A stretch of 64,000 nt of DNA from Phoronis australis (taxonomy: Eukaryota; Animalia; Phoronida). The notes beneath the pieces are model-generated. The model did no database searches. It worked only from the letters and a program-made list of their open reading frames with translations, and was not told where the DNA came from. Where the stretch lies: assembly GCA_002633005.1 (NCBI GenBank), contig NMRA01000297.1, forward strand, positions 211,337 to 275,336, read 5' to 3'. A program made the translations under genes and the position numbers. Of this stretch, positions 63,546 to 64,000 are shown piece by piece (position 1 is the first letter of the stretch; every line of letters starts with the position of its first letter).

Positions 63546-64000
63546 CATAGGCGGATTTAGGGGGGGCAGCTCCCCCCCCCCTTGGCTGCCGTAAGCTAAA
63601 ATGAAACAGCAACAGCGTGAAGAGCGAGGAAATATTGAGAAGCAAGCAACATTTCATGTGTGACACGTTCTCCGTGTTTTGTTTTTTCTTTTTCTTTGCC
63701 TTTTTTTTCTTGGATAATACTTCAGGAATCAAGGAAAATGCTTGATTTTTAGAGGAGAAAACAGAAAAATTTTCCTGGGCGGGAGGGGGGCGAACCCCCC
63801 CTCCCGACCTGCCCCCATTCGGTGCTATGCTAATCTAATAGCATAGGCGGATTTAGGGGGGGCCCAGGGGGCCCGCCCCCCATTGGCTGCTGCAAAAAAT
63901 AAAACAGTAAGAGCTTAGGGAAATTGTGAGTTTATTAATAAACCCCTGTAATTAAAATTATACGGATGAAAAAAGATTTAAATGTGTGCAGTTTTAGTGT
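63546..64000 (+). mobile_element. Two further copies of the CATAGGCGGATTTAGGGGG MITE family (starts at 63546 and 63842)
   Basis: Same terminus and downstream CCCCTTGGCTGC...ATGAAACA...CAGCGTGAA...GAGGAAATATTGAG as 14768. Confidence 0.85.

Overview
Eukaryotic (animal) genomic DNA, probably a marine invertebrate bilaterian; the taxon cannot be fixed from this window. It holds two intact, spliced, divergently transcribed genes. One is a 5-exon CYP26-family cytochrome P450 (retinoic-acid hydroxylase family; minus strand, CDS 13952->1376, 483 aa). The other is a 3-exon NK3/bagpipe (Nkx3-2-like) homeobox gene (plus strand, CDS 51600->56935, 260 aa). About 37.6 kb separate the two start codons, and I found no other intact gene between them. 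That interval and the introns are packed with non-autonomous DNA transposons whose TIRs/TSDs can be read directly: Kolobok-like with a THAP relic, hAT-like with 8-bp and 5-bp TSDs, P/hAT-like, Academ-like and CMC-like. There are also LINE and Penelope-like relics, minisatellites, one N gap and an artefact-like poly-G run. The most notable observations are (1) the CYP26 I-helix reads AGHEKM instead of the canonical AGHETT, (2) DR5-spaced GGTCA half-sites lie just upstream of the CYP26 TATA box and again about 6 kb upstream (candidate non-canonical RAREs), and (3) the head-to-head CYP26-NK3 linkage. I found no evidence of a wholly new multi-gene system; the best candidate for new biology is a retinoid-linked CYP26/NK3 regulatory unit with an atypical enzyme, and this is inference.
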